64,000 bases of DNA from Diplonema japonicum (lineage: Eukaryota; Protista; Euglenozoa: Diplonemea). Of the stretch, positions 10,101 to 17,700 are shown piece after piece. The translations under genes were made by a program, and so were the position numbers. The number at the start of each line of letters is the position of its first letter. Positions within the stretch are counted from its first letter, which is position 1. The notes beneath the pieces were generated by a model. That model was not told the DNA's origin and did not search any database. It saw nothing but the letters and a program-made list of their open reading frames with translations. The stretch lies in contig OZ025734.1 in assembly GCA_964019335.1 (NCBI GenBank), positions 353,685 through 417,684 of the forward strand. The letters run 5' to 3'.

Positions 10101-12346
10101 TGAATAGTGTCAGTGGAGGAGAAATTCCCCCCGATTACGGTGAGAAGCTGCTCACCACGTACACGGCAGCCTTCAGCAGGGCAGCCCTCCACTGCTGTGA
10201 CGTACGGGACGCGCCTGAAGGTCACGTAGGTGTTGATACGGCTTACCTCTTCGCCGATGATGAGGGACAGCTGGAGCTCAGGGTTCGAGGTATGGTACAG
10301 CTCTGGCACACGTTCTTTGAGATCATACAAATCGCAGAAGGCGTGCGACGTATTGACCACGAGAAACCTGTCGCACTCAATGCCAGAGATGAGCAGGCGG
10401 CGTCGTGTGTAGGGCGTCACTAAGGTGTCGAACCCACGCCCTGTGATCGTGATGGGTCCGTCTTGCGAAGGGCAGAGGCCACCGGGTAAGGAACAAAACG
10501 CATCGTGCAGCACGGGCCGTTCGAGGAACGACACAGTAACTAACGGTGGCGAGGTGAAGACGGCGGCGTTGATGGCAACAACGATGCGCGACGAGATGCC
10601 CGACATGTCGTAGCCGGTGAGGTTGCAGTACATTCTGGAGAAGCTGGTCATCTGTAAGTCTCTGGTGGTGTTTAGGTCGCAGGGAAGGCCGGCCACGTTG
10701 GCATGCGTCACAGTGTGCAGGTTGTACCCGTGGATGGTGAGGAGCGTCTCGCCGTTTGTAGGGCATCGCGTCGTAGCCCTTCCAAAGTCGTAGCATCCCG
10801 TGACGGCGTTGATCTCAGGCTTCAGGATCCAAGTCAGTTTCGCCTCGACTGGGAACGTCACACCGCCCACTGCGAGAGTTACCCCGTACTTCCCGCTCTG
10901 CCACAATCCGAGTGGTTCGCACTTGATTGTCTGTGCCCCATCCCGGTACCCTATGTCTCGCACAGCACACGTCCAGTTCCCCAAGGAGCTGTTCTCGGTT
11001 ACGGGGAACCCTGTTTCGTCTATTGCGAACAGCCGGATGTCGTAGTCTTCAGGTGTCTCAGCGTACCAAGTGCCCTGCACGTGCATGTAGGTCTCAAACA
11101 CGCACGACCCTTCGTTGGTGCACGCGTTTTCGTTGCTCACCCACACCCTCCTCCCTGTGTAGTCATTGCACGCTGTGTATGTCTGTGACCCGAAGCCCTT
11201 CTCGATCTCCCCTTTCGTGCAAAGCTTGTACCCCCTTGTGTTGCACATTGTGTTCGCAGCCTCCCACGTCATGTAGTTGTTGCAACCCCCTGCCGTGTCC
11301 CCGTTCACCGCCCCGCCGCCTATCGTGCAGCAAGCGTGGCGCATTCTAACATCTGCCGTGGTGCACTGCACAGGTGTGTCTGTTATCTGCGAGGCGTCCG
11401 CTGCCATCGTCAGCCTGTGCGGGCCGGGTAGGGTCGAGTACGGCCCAGGGTACTGCGGCCAAGTGTAGTCGCCGCACGAGATGCTCAAGAATTCCCCGTA
11501 GTAAGGCGGTATGGTCAGCGTCACGTTACCCGCCCCTACGAGGGACCCCCACATGATGGTGGGTGTATAGACACCGGGCACGGACCCCAGACGAGGGGAC
11601 CCCGGCGGGGGGAAATAAAGATCGCATTTGAGGTAGTTCTTGTAGTCAGAACCACGGAACGCCAGGATGTTGGTGCAAGGGGCACCAATACGCTCGGACG
11701 TGCCCCACTGCACGGCGTAGTCGTCTGCGGCAAGGAAGCTGGACGGGTAGTCGTATCCTTGCGTTGGGAAGTGACGCCCCGTGAAGGTGATGGCAACAGG
11801 CGTCGTGGTGCATGTGATGTGCTCGCCCGTATCGTCATCATAAGTACATGCAGAGGTGTCATTGAAAGACACACCAGTGACGATGGGAGGCCCGAAGTGA
11901 ACGGCACTGGGACCCGTCACGTTCACACCGTTACTATCAATGACTGTAACAAGGGCAGAAAAGCCACTAGGCATAACGTAGCCAGAACATATGAGGCGGT
12001 AGTAGAAAGTGTCGTCCCAAATGGCATAGGTGTTGGCGGACACTGCCTCGCACTGTGACTCACCGATGAGTACGGTGTGTCCTGAAGGGCCGAAGCCTCT
12101 TCCGAAGATGGTTAGTGGTGGAGGCGGGGTGACCCTCGCGTCGCAGAATGTTGCGGTGCCCGCCTCTCCACCCTCGCACCCCGTTACAACGTCCACTCTC
12201 ATCTCTTTGTCACTGCACACTGCCATTCCTTCCTGGTTTCTGCACCGCCTCAGCAGCTCCCTTTCCAATGATGTTAGCTCTTCCATAACATCATCCCCGC
12301 ACACGTACAGTCCCACCAAGGCTACAGCCGTGGTTACCTTTAGCAT
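1118..12346 (-). CDS. Giant surface receptor-like protein: signal peptide, IPT/TIG-like repeats, long EGF/laminin-EGF array, further IPT repeats, Cys-rich juxtamembrane region, multi-pass TM domain, cytoplasmic EF-hand
   Basis: Uninterrupted 3742-codon ORF from MLKVTTAVALVGLYVCG. Many CSGHGxC..GxCxC..GYxGxxC repeats, 'TIxGxGF' IPT motifs, 'GFLFRGLKPDYWYWEFVVMTRKLL' TM motif, DEDGDGDVTFME EF-hand loop. Confidence 0.92.
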   Translation of the reverse strand: MLKVTTAVALVGLYVCGDDVMEELTSLERELLRRCRNQEGMAVCSDKEMRVDVVTGCEGGEAGTATFCDARVTPPPPLTIFGRGFGPSGHTVLIGESQCEAVSANTYAIWDDTFYYRLICSGYVMPSGFSALVTVIDSNGVNVTGPSAVHFGPPIVTGVSFNDTSACTYDDDTGEHITCTTTPVAITFTGRHFPTQGYDYPSSFLAADDYAVQWGTSERIGAPCTNILAFRGSDYKNYLKCDLYFPPPGSPRLGSVPGVYTPTIMWGSLVGAGNVTLTIPPYYGEFLSISCGDYTWPQYPGPYSTLPGPHRLTMAADASQITDTPVQCTTADVRMRHACCTIGGGAVNGDTAGGCNNYMTWEAANTMCNTRGYKLCTKGEIEKGFGSQTYTACNDYTGRRVWVSNENACTNEGSCVFETYMHVQGTWYAETPEDYDIRLFAIDETGFPVTENSSLGNWTCAVRDIGYRDGAQTIKCEPLGLWQSGKYGVTLAVGGVTFPVEAKLTWILKPEINAVTGCYDFGRATTRCPTNGETLLTIHGYNLHTVTHANVAGLPCDLNTTRDLQMTSFSRMYCNLTGYDMSGISSRIVVAINAAVFTSPPLVTVSFLERPVLHDAFCSLPGGLCPSQDGPITITGRGFDTLVTPYTRRRLLISGIECDRFLVVNTSHAFCDLYDLKERVPELYHTSNPELQLSLIIGEEVSRINTYVTFRRVPYVTAVEGCPAEGCRVRGEQLLTVIGGNFSSTDTIHVHINGERCGTQTYLDEGRLLCGDYPRSTTMQSPVTIEMNGEWSTERVLLFFRPMCGKPGEKGCSGHGVCTHAAECICMSSQITGHWDGVDCERCKEGYFGLDCVQPCLCPSEGICDYGMNGTGHCTSCATNFTGSLCTPCPGLLVVGEPCYGHGICNDTVFGDGTCTCVSEGWDAMRDCDVCSADYYGLQCEHRCPGGAACSGNGRCDAGFLGTGKCSCDVGWGGTACEIMCPGMPDTVCDGHGECGTNGRCTCYSGPDSGYWAGTDCSSCGLGWSGGSCLSVCAVDSDGRECFGHGSCGDSGCSCIGGYCGSDCRRTTMECALAVCPSAENWGNPATCSAGVCGCFCPTNLDLVCSGHGSCDSGEYGSGRCICNPGRAGVACEHDCSTCYAADGGVCNVDGVCVCKVGYSSQYCEQSCPGANIGNPCGGINRGICSDGHTGTGLCSCLPGYAGDGCTIECFGGAANPCSGHGTCSPTDGSCTCEASRLGGYWDGVVCDRCQTPFFLPLCNETCPGHAPGFSYTCSGHGFCEASTGSCLCDNGGATGSWGGTACEECTVGYFGLNCDQECPGGACNPCSGHGTCSDGIHGTGTCSCLFDNIFGYWVGARCDECAPNYYERDCILPCSGLNTPEGICHGRGICKEGRTGDGQCVCLVPGQAWMGADCNECQVGFYGSLCDKSCPSTNEYACSGNGICSDGKIGFGNCTCSEGWVGATCGSPCPGLNTAEGICNTHGMCEWDIATQAPVCVCHSDSMNGHWDSVTSCQTCMVGYWGPGCTSPCPGSGNGVPCSGRGVVSTCDVVTGTCTCQSGWAGAGCDIECSGGAVAPCSLHGTCDQVTGRCQCHASREQGYWTGVDCSTCLPQYTSVETGCSYKCPEAATCVGCGPQTCSGFGQCVPALNGSAVAVCITCSSSAEVRCGTACDLVGRSNCQQYMCSGPRWGQQCQNWCPGASAGHLVPCSNHGLCDQGKAGSGKCICDTGYVGTMCELKCPDCVLGQGSCNNQGTCTCLPGFASALCDVECPGSFRSPCGAYNSTLLKYELHGVCNDGATGDGKCTCDTGWRGSDCNTRCDGILPNGIPCNGNGICLQYDPLCACSQGLPGYWANDATGSCTVCASGWVGENCTQPCINGATKGKECICHQGYYGPMCDAECLGYTVYARRIRHCNANGVCSDGNTGTGQCTCDPDYFGEACQTYCKVEIHCQQYRRDAVNCGANRCECIRNSTHGYWGGDLCERCEAGFWGSKCLQHCSCSGNMYMCNQLTGACSCYADPVNGYFAGTSCDRCKAGYIGISCQSVDVGITRSGSALSAPASISYKDTGTAITIYDPLVNWVMVTSTPIAVFVLSGGALQYSKTYSASVDFNKKIIGSELKSSTVDLIAEGGFGGVELLVLWRANLTIKSTLQLFAASREHAVLSRYAQLQSVPVLKETLAVGDLWCFIYETVDSLELRFAKNTILHTQSLQAYNTFVFAYSDGAYIAVAGALDGQHGLTAMLTDSTTGAIVSVVDWKDTPGLSQLHGDISYESFFATGDWWYVAVRDRDYLKLVRVNKLELFKVPPVTMVDCAMSNNCTDVMQTTGTWKVTKLQVELGSGSGYVSVVPIVDGKEEPAWMYRFSTSPLRVTGSLQFTYYAGQAEAVHDFTISNSSHALYALSSSLSNVRLVTLNTYYVEAVVPNVADARGGTPVTVLGKGFPTLSGGELPLCRVGTQQMEVLRYNATSVVCMTVNHSNAGCSGSPVDVSFAGPERYTSNNNAKLRRVFSATPVAAVPAKGLTTGGAVVTVSGYGFDFGGYLMCSFYDDTHHTTVPAVYLSSNLATCVQPAWFRSSTKGSSFLKLSQDGSLESVRKVPYEVVGSITELRVTKNGTEDTYIKLPSMSVSTFPLLDIKSIDASKHAIYPLMQEELHVTVSHRVNCITSVVVNQQSIVTTLNYHGAVKLHGISGMPYVSLGKGQAVLGGLHLQRPKAAICELTFEVYSALPGLARSEGPRIRQKYKFEVTAGSGSVLRIIKEPDRIVNPARQLAAPVVELLDNADNPVAPSVTMVLQAEVISNQAEKEFNDSNVGQKWIFRPDSFTNLFVCSCERITMAHALYGVEYSIEFSMPSSPEVAPVVTSPLVRANCLPGEYAVLFTPDCKPCPVGGMCDGTWTIRVSKGHWRWPLTDVPALLDIANADQRAVVYDHYTTFYKCWPSSACTGPSDVTEAPQCRVGHLNTSILCMDCQSGYGFSGDICQKCNPLWLDIILFFLICLAVVVVVGGVMYTTYIDNVKGVKSVGFIQMKQVLSWLQMVAASSDGKTQWPSGMSGFYSLIKKVFSLHTGIGPISCLFDSNYYDIWLFMMLLPVVVTVLLWVGGVAVQLYQALKTKEEDDVKSSLTFDTDITFLLEDSEKESDGGHVPALITDIVGYLIPNTALSKKEEERKTEMMSKRKSQMANLARGFVMPNFPDLFRGTESQLLVALVTKAPPTDVTLIPTGAGLTFVPPVFAFTSETSEVHFSVVGHILGEHDVIFRVTGTDRRYYPAPEPSTVIIFDEWKTGLHDKVSCSLIVFFFFMYPLMLSIMAGLFPCSQIGPHGDYYLKADPRVQCYTTRWWSYVVGNIVCFCVYCLAIPGACIYYMYLNSWCLEHTSVRTKVGFLFRGLKPDYWYWEFVVMTRKLLVVIIGTFTSSLWNKIYIVQWVIGFFLFLNLVLHPFIAEANHSTETLILTSQVITMNIALIYFTDGLAEHVNLMAKLALITVNLLTVLALVLCYFWIWKTLFVLQGKHRRFQTALLGAFDEDGDGDVTFMEIFAVMKNNIIDTWCALMGKKKNKTREWLKGVESQQKVGLASLAAAASVLPYRQQYFVERTMQGTKDISDHILNPLEMELTTEQWLDMKQQTAAQPVVTLPDVEEEGAEETNDVPQDNEVVPPLSVEPPPTPTFSRSRPNPAANYIRMLEGPENVPKSRLRKSLSIQSFMRRGSQRSTPEGTPRSARDREGSAEVSISPPQSPAVSTKGLM

Positions 12347-13068
12347 TACCACGCATAGGGCGGGGGTGCTCCTTTTTTTTTTTTTTTTTTTTTTTTGTAA
12401 GCGTTTTAGATAGAATAAATCAATATGAACTAGTGGTTAAGAACCCCAAGTAATTCTAAGCTGAAGAAAAAGAGGGGGGGGGGGGACGGGGGATGGGGGA
12501 TAATTCACAAAAAAAGAAAGAAGAAAAAAAAGGGGTAAAAATAGGGTTGTAAAGTAGAAGTTCCTATCAAATCTTCTTTTATTTTTTATTTTATTTTTTT
12601 TATTATTTTTTTTTTTTTCAATTCACTCGTTTCTTTTTTTTTTTCTCTTTTTTTTTTTTTTCTCTTTGTGTTCTGGTTCGACGGACAGGGCGTTAATTTT
12701 GACAGCCTTCCTCCGTCTTCCCTTCGGCAATGGTTTTATCGGTGCCTGCACACCCCCTACCAATCCTTGCTACGCTCTCAGGTCTTCGAGTGGTAGAAGT
12801 GGTACATGCCTTGTAAGATGCTTCTCATTAGGCCACATTGTTACTTTGGCACTCTTGAACTAGGCCAGCGCAACAAAGAAAGAATTGGTGATTTCTTTTT
12901 TCTTCTTCTTTTTTTTTTTTTTTTTTTGAAAAAAAGTTCACAAAAGGTTTCCCAAAAGCAAAACAAAAAAAAAAAAAAAAAGGATAAAAAGAGGCAACTG
13001 GTAGCCCCTGCACAAGCACGTGTCTACTTGATACACAAAAATGAAAAAAAAGAAATTCTATTCCACGC

Positions 13069-14202
13069 CTATGTACCGGCAAGGCTTTTAGGTGCTGGCT
13101 GAATATTTCTGAGCGGGTTGAGGGCCTCAGCTACACCGAAGAGAGAGTTGATGGCCGCGGGCGAGTCGTCCGTGGGGTCTGTGGTGGCAATGTACCGCGA
13201 GATGACGGTTTCTATGGGTGAAGTAGGCTCAATGTTTTGCTTCAACTCGTCACGCAGACAGGAGGCTAGCTGCGCTTTGGTTAGATAAGGGTGCTTTGCC
13301 TCGTATGTGGAGTACATCCTTCGCAGATCTTCCTTCACGGTTTCCTCGATGGCGGGACCCGGTGCTCTCGGTGCATATTCACTTTCTCTGTCTTGCCTGT
13401 TCATTGTAGGCGCACCTAACCCCACAGCTGTGAAGCTGCCTGGTGGTGCACCATGCGGCACGGCGGCAGCTGCACGAACATCGAAAACCAAGTGAAGCCA
13501 ATCAGTAACATAACGTAAGTATGCAAACCAAGGTGCTAGAAGTGCGCAGGCAACGGTCATGAAAAGCGACGTGCCTTGGAAGAAGTTCTGCAGCCCCACA
13601 TCGACAAAAGCGTTGAACTCAACAACAAAGATCGGGAGGTCGTGCGTTGCCCACATGAAGAGAACTGCCAAGTACCGCTTCCCCTTCGCTTGCCGTTCAG
13701 TAAGCCCGCCTCGTATAGTCAGGAACAACATGTGGGAGACAATCCCAGCAAACACAATACACCCCAACGTGAGGATGGCGGCGAAGGCGTTGATCGATGA
13801 CCGCGACAGCTCGTCGTCCCTGTGCCGGAACCACTCTGTGTAGCACATGGCGCCCGTCAGTAGCTGTGCTAGGAAAAAGCAGAGTAGATAGAAAGAAAGC
13901 ATCGACCCTTGTGGTGTCTCTGTATTCACACCGATGTCTACAGGCAGCCCGAAGTACCCTCGCGAGCCATGCGTCCTCACTGGCCGTGATCTCCCGCTGA
14001 CGACGGACGTCAGTGCACGCGACGCACGCCAACCTGACGATACCAACGATGTGCCGCCATTGTCTTGTATGACAGGTTGTTGCTGTGGGGTTGGTAGTGG
14101 AGTGGGTATCGGTGTTGGGGCGGTGATCTCCTTTATCTCGTTGTTCTCGATTTCTATGAGTTCTGTGGACGACTGTGCGAGAAGGCCGCCTCCGGCTTCC
14201 AT
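13069..14202 (-). CDS. Hypothetical membrane protein (about 4 TM)
   Basis: 377-aa ORF with four hydrophobic segments (HDLPIF motif). Preceded by a pyrimidine tract and cacacAG acceptor at about 14220-14275. Confidence 0.8.
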   Translation of the reverse strand: MEAGGGLLAQSSTELIEIENNEIKEITAPTPIPTPLPTPQQQPVIQDNGGTSLVSSGWRASRALTSVVSGRSRPVRTHGSRGYFGLPVDIGVNTETPQGSMLSFYLLCFFLAQLLTGAMCYTEWFRHRDDELSRSSINAFAAILTLGCIVFAGIVSHMLFLTIRGGLTERQAKGKRYLAVLFMWATHDLPIFVVEFNAFVDVGLQNFFQGTSLFMTVACALLAPWFAYLRYVTDWLHLVFDVRAAAAVPHGAPPGSFTAVGLGAPTMNRQDRESEYAPRAPGPAIEETVKEDLRRMYSTYEAKHPYLTKAQLASCLRDELKQNIEPTSPIETVISRYIATTDPTDDSPAAINSLFGVAEALNPLRNIQPAPKSLAGT

Positions 14203-14283
14203 TTGGCACCCCCCCCCACCTGTGTGCGTTGGTGTCGTGAGAAAGGACGGGAAGAAGAGAGGAAGAAAGAAACTAATGTTTCT

Positions 14284-14454
14284 CTACTCTGAAGGCTCGC
14301 CAGCACAGTAGCCTACAACCTGCGTGTGCACTTCTTGCACATCGCCAGCCCATTCTGGCACGCGCACCAACTCGGCTTTCCTCACCCCTATCACTTGTGG
14401 GGTCTCTTCCGGTATCGCCCCATCCCACTCTGCGACTCTTGCCAGCTGCGGCAT
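14284..14454 (-). CDS. Candidate 56-aa small protein with internal two-fold repeat
   Basis: LARVAEWDGAIPEETPQVIG and LVRVPEWAGDVQEVHTQVVG align at the amino-acid level. Coding-like composition between low-complexity spacers. Confidence 0.45.
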   Translation of the reverse strand: MPQLARVAEWDGAIPEETPQVIGVRKAELVRVPEWAGDVQEVHTQVVGYCAGEPSE

Positions 14455-14705
14455 CTTTGTGCCGGACAGAAAGAGACTGTTGGTGACTTTATTTAAAAAT
14501 GGAACTGTGGGCCTGTGTAACCCCAAGGACCTCTGAGGAAAGGGCGGGGACACTTAGCGGATCTGAAGGGTTAAAAAGAAAGAAAAGGAATAATAATACG
14601 AGAAAAGTAACTTACTGGTGAGGCAAAAGGGAGCGACCATTTTCAGGTCAAGGAGGGGAGGGGGGTATAGGATACTTATGACTTGTGTAAATGAATAGAA
14701 AGATG

Positions 14706-17700
14706 TTATAAAAGGTTATTGGTCACCCAGGTGACTTCTTCGAGGGGGTTGGGGCGGGCGGCGGGGGGGGTGGGGTGGTGCTTTGTGGTGACTTGTCCAT
14801 GGTGGAGGCGGGAGACGGTACTTTGCCACTCCAGTCGGGAGCGGGCAGTGTGACGGCGCTGTGTTCTAAAGAGGTACTTTTTGCCCAGCTGAAGCATCTT
14901 TTTTTCGACTTTCTCAACGTCCTTGTAGTACAGCCTGTCTGTAAGACGGCTTTCCTGCTCTGTGGTCAGTTTCTTCTGCTGCCCTTCGCCTTGGTAAGCT
15001 ATCAGCTGCATGATGCCCTGTCTTTCTCCTGCACAATAGTACAGCCTCTCGATACTTGCTTGCATCGTCTGCGGGTCCATCCCCACACCCTCTTCTCTCT
15101 CATCTTTTACGCTCGTTTCCTTCTGGCTCTTAAACAATGGCCTGTAGTACAGCCTCTCTGTCACGCCTCTCTGCTGGTTCCCAGTCAGCCTTATCCCCTC
15201 TTGGCTTTCTGTTGCTACACTGGGCTTGTGAAGTTTCGTCCGCCCCCTCGTCAGGCGATCTGTGATCGACAGGATCTCAACGTCAGACTGTTGTAGTTTT
15301 GAATTTTTTTTTTCTTTTTCTTTGCGTGGTTGGGTACTGTACCTTCACTACTTTCTTCCTCTGCACTGCGCTTCGTGAAGTTGTATCAGCGTTGTGTCGT
15401 CGTTGCCTACCAAGCCTGTTTTTTTGTTTTTTGTTTTTGTTTTCCTCTTTTTTCTTTGCAAGGTTTAAAGTAACACTACCTTGCAACTTTAGTGGGTACT
15501 GCCACTTGCTCACCTTCGTATTGCAACACCAGTGTGATCGGTCGATGCCGTGAGCCCACAGCAGGGGGTGCGCATTGCACGCCAGTGCCCAGCAGCGTGG
15601 CATTCGAGCCTCCGAAAATCGCCAGCTTCAAGTCTACAGCAGGGGTTCTGCTTGAGGTCGGTGACTGTGCCCGCTTTGTCCTTTCCGCCGTCATGCACAG
15701 CATGATGTGACCTGTGCGGGGAGACGGGGCCACGCAGCCCTCGTAGGCAACCTTCCTCCAGAAACCCGAGTGGGCGACACCTTCATCGAACACAAATCTG
15801 TGGCAGCTGCACAATGGACCAACCGAGGATTCCCCCCCAAAGATGAACATGGAGACGCCCTGCCCTGTGACAGACACAACAGAGGCCGAGTGGCCTTCGC
15901 GAGCCCGCGGTATGTCCCCACGTGATGACACAGGATGCCAGGTCTTCGTGTCCAGGTCAAACACATGGAAGCAAGACAGGTATTCCACACCGTTTGCCAC
16001 ATTCGACCGCTGCACTCTCTGCCGCCTGAAACTTGTCTGCTCGAGTCTCTGCACCTTTGAGCTCCTGCACATCAAATCGTCGCTATCGCTGCTGTTATCT
16101 TCCTTTTCCTGTGGCGGGGCTGGTACTGGTTCGCTGATGCATCCTGCCTCGCTGGCATCTCTCACCCCACCAAAGACCCACATCTTACCGTCATGGCGCA
16201 GAGCGCTGTGCCCACACCTGCCGCTAGGAATCGCACCGTTCTGCACAATCTTTCTCCACTTGTTGTCCAGGAGGTCCAAGCACACCATGTCATCCCGCCT
16301 CACTTCTAATATGTTGGTGATGTCACCTCTGCCAGGCAGCGTCACAGCGCGCACTAGCAGCTGCCATCCTCCCCATACCAGCATCTTGTGACCGCATAAT
16401 ACAGCTGTATGCCCTGCCCTGTAGTCTTCCGCACCTGTGGCGGCCATCTCACACCATTCACCGCTGTTGAGTTCATAGCACATAGTCGACTTGTGGTACC
16501 CAAGGGGAGGACCTCGCCGTTTGGTTTTATCTCCAGGAGGACGCGGGCTGTAGTGGGAAGGCGAGGGGTTGTATCCCCCCGGTCCGTGACCCCCGTACAC
16601 GACGATTCTGTTTTTGAACAGCACGCAGCTGTGCCCATGCCTCTCAAGCCCTAGCCCTGTGGACGACCATTTTCTGCTCGACAAATTGAGCTCATGAAGT
16701 TTGTTGTTGAAAAGTCCATTGCCGCAGACACCACCAACTGTGACCACCTTGTTGGCCTTTTTCAAGTACACGCCTTTGCCTCCAGTGGTCATCGGGTCTG
16801 AGCTCTCCATCTGTGGCTGCAAGACGTACCCCACGGTGAGCATAGGCATGTTGTGTTCAGCAAAAACGGATGCTGTCGCAGCGCGCACCGGCTCTGCGCT
16901 TAGGGTGTGTCGCCAATTGATGAGGATGGAAGCTGTATTGCGTGTCTCGGTGCACTGAAACAGACGGAGCCACACGGAGCCATTGCCAGCAAGTTCTAAT
17001 TGCGCTTCACCAACGAGTGCGAGGGGTGACTCACTCCACACTTCGACTTTCAGGATATCAGTCATGCGGTGAATGGGGAACTGGAACCGTTGGTTCCACA
17101 CAGGATCGGGGGTGCTCGCGGGCTGTGTCTGAAACTTCAAACCCTGTTTCGAAGCACCGATACTTCCAACAACAAAGTGCTTGCTGGTGGTCTGCACGGC
17201 AAGTCCCTTCCCCTCCACTATGCTTACGTGGAATGTCCTCTCGCGGTAGTCCCTGAAGGTCGCCTCCAGCTTCTCCGGCTGTAACCACAGCGCCGCCTTG
17301 TCGATGACAACGTTCTCCGCAGCAACGAAGAGTTTCACGATATCGTCGCGTCTCACCTCCTGCAGCTTACTGCCTTCCAAGTGGCACTGTAGCAGCTGTG
17401 TCCGTGTCGATGCTCGTTCCAAGCTATGTTTAAGTACGATTTGCCCACTCTGTCGTTCGATGCTCACCCATGCGTCCACCTCGGCATTCGACCGCCACGA
17501 GCACACAGCATACATAGACACCAACGGAGCTGTAAGAGACTTGGATTCCATGACGAGCGGCTCCTGTAAGTGATGCCGCTGCACCACGTATTGGTCTATC
17601 GAGTCGTTGGTGAGCCTGCTCGGTGCAATTGGCCACTTCCATCCGATCGTTATGGCCGCGCCAGGGAACTTCACAGAGGACGAGCCTTCTTGGCTGTGGA

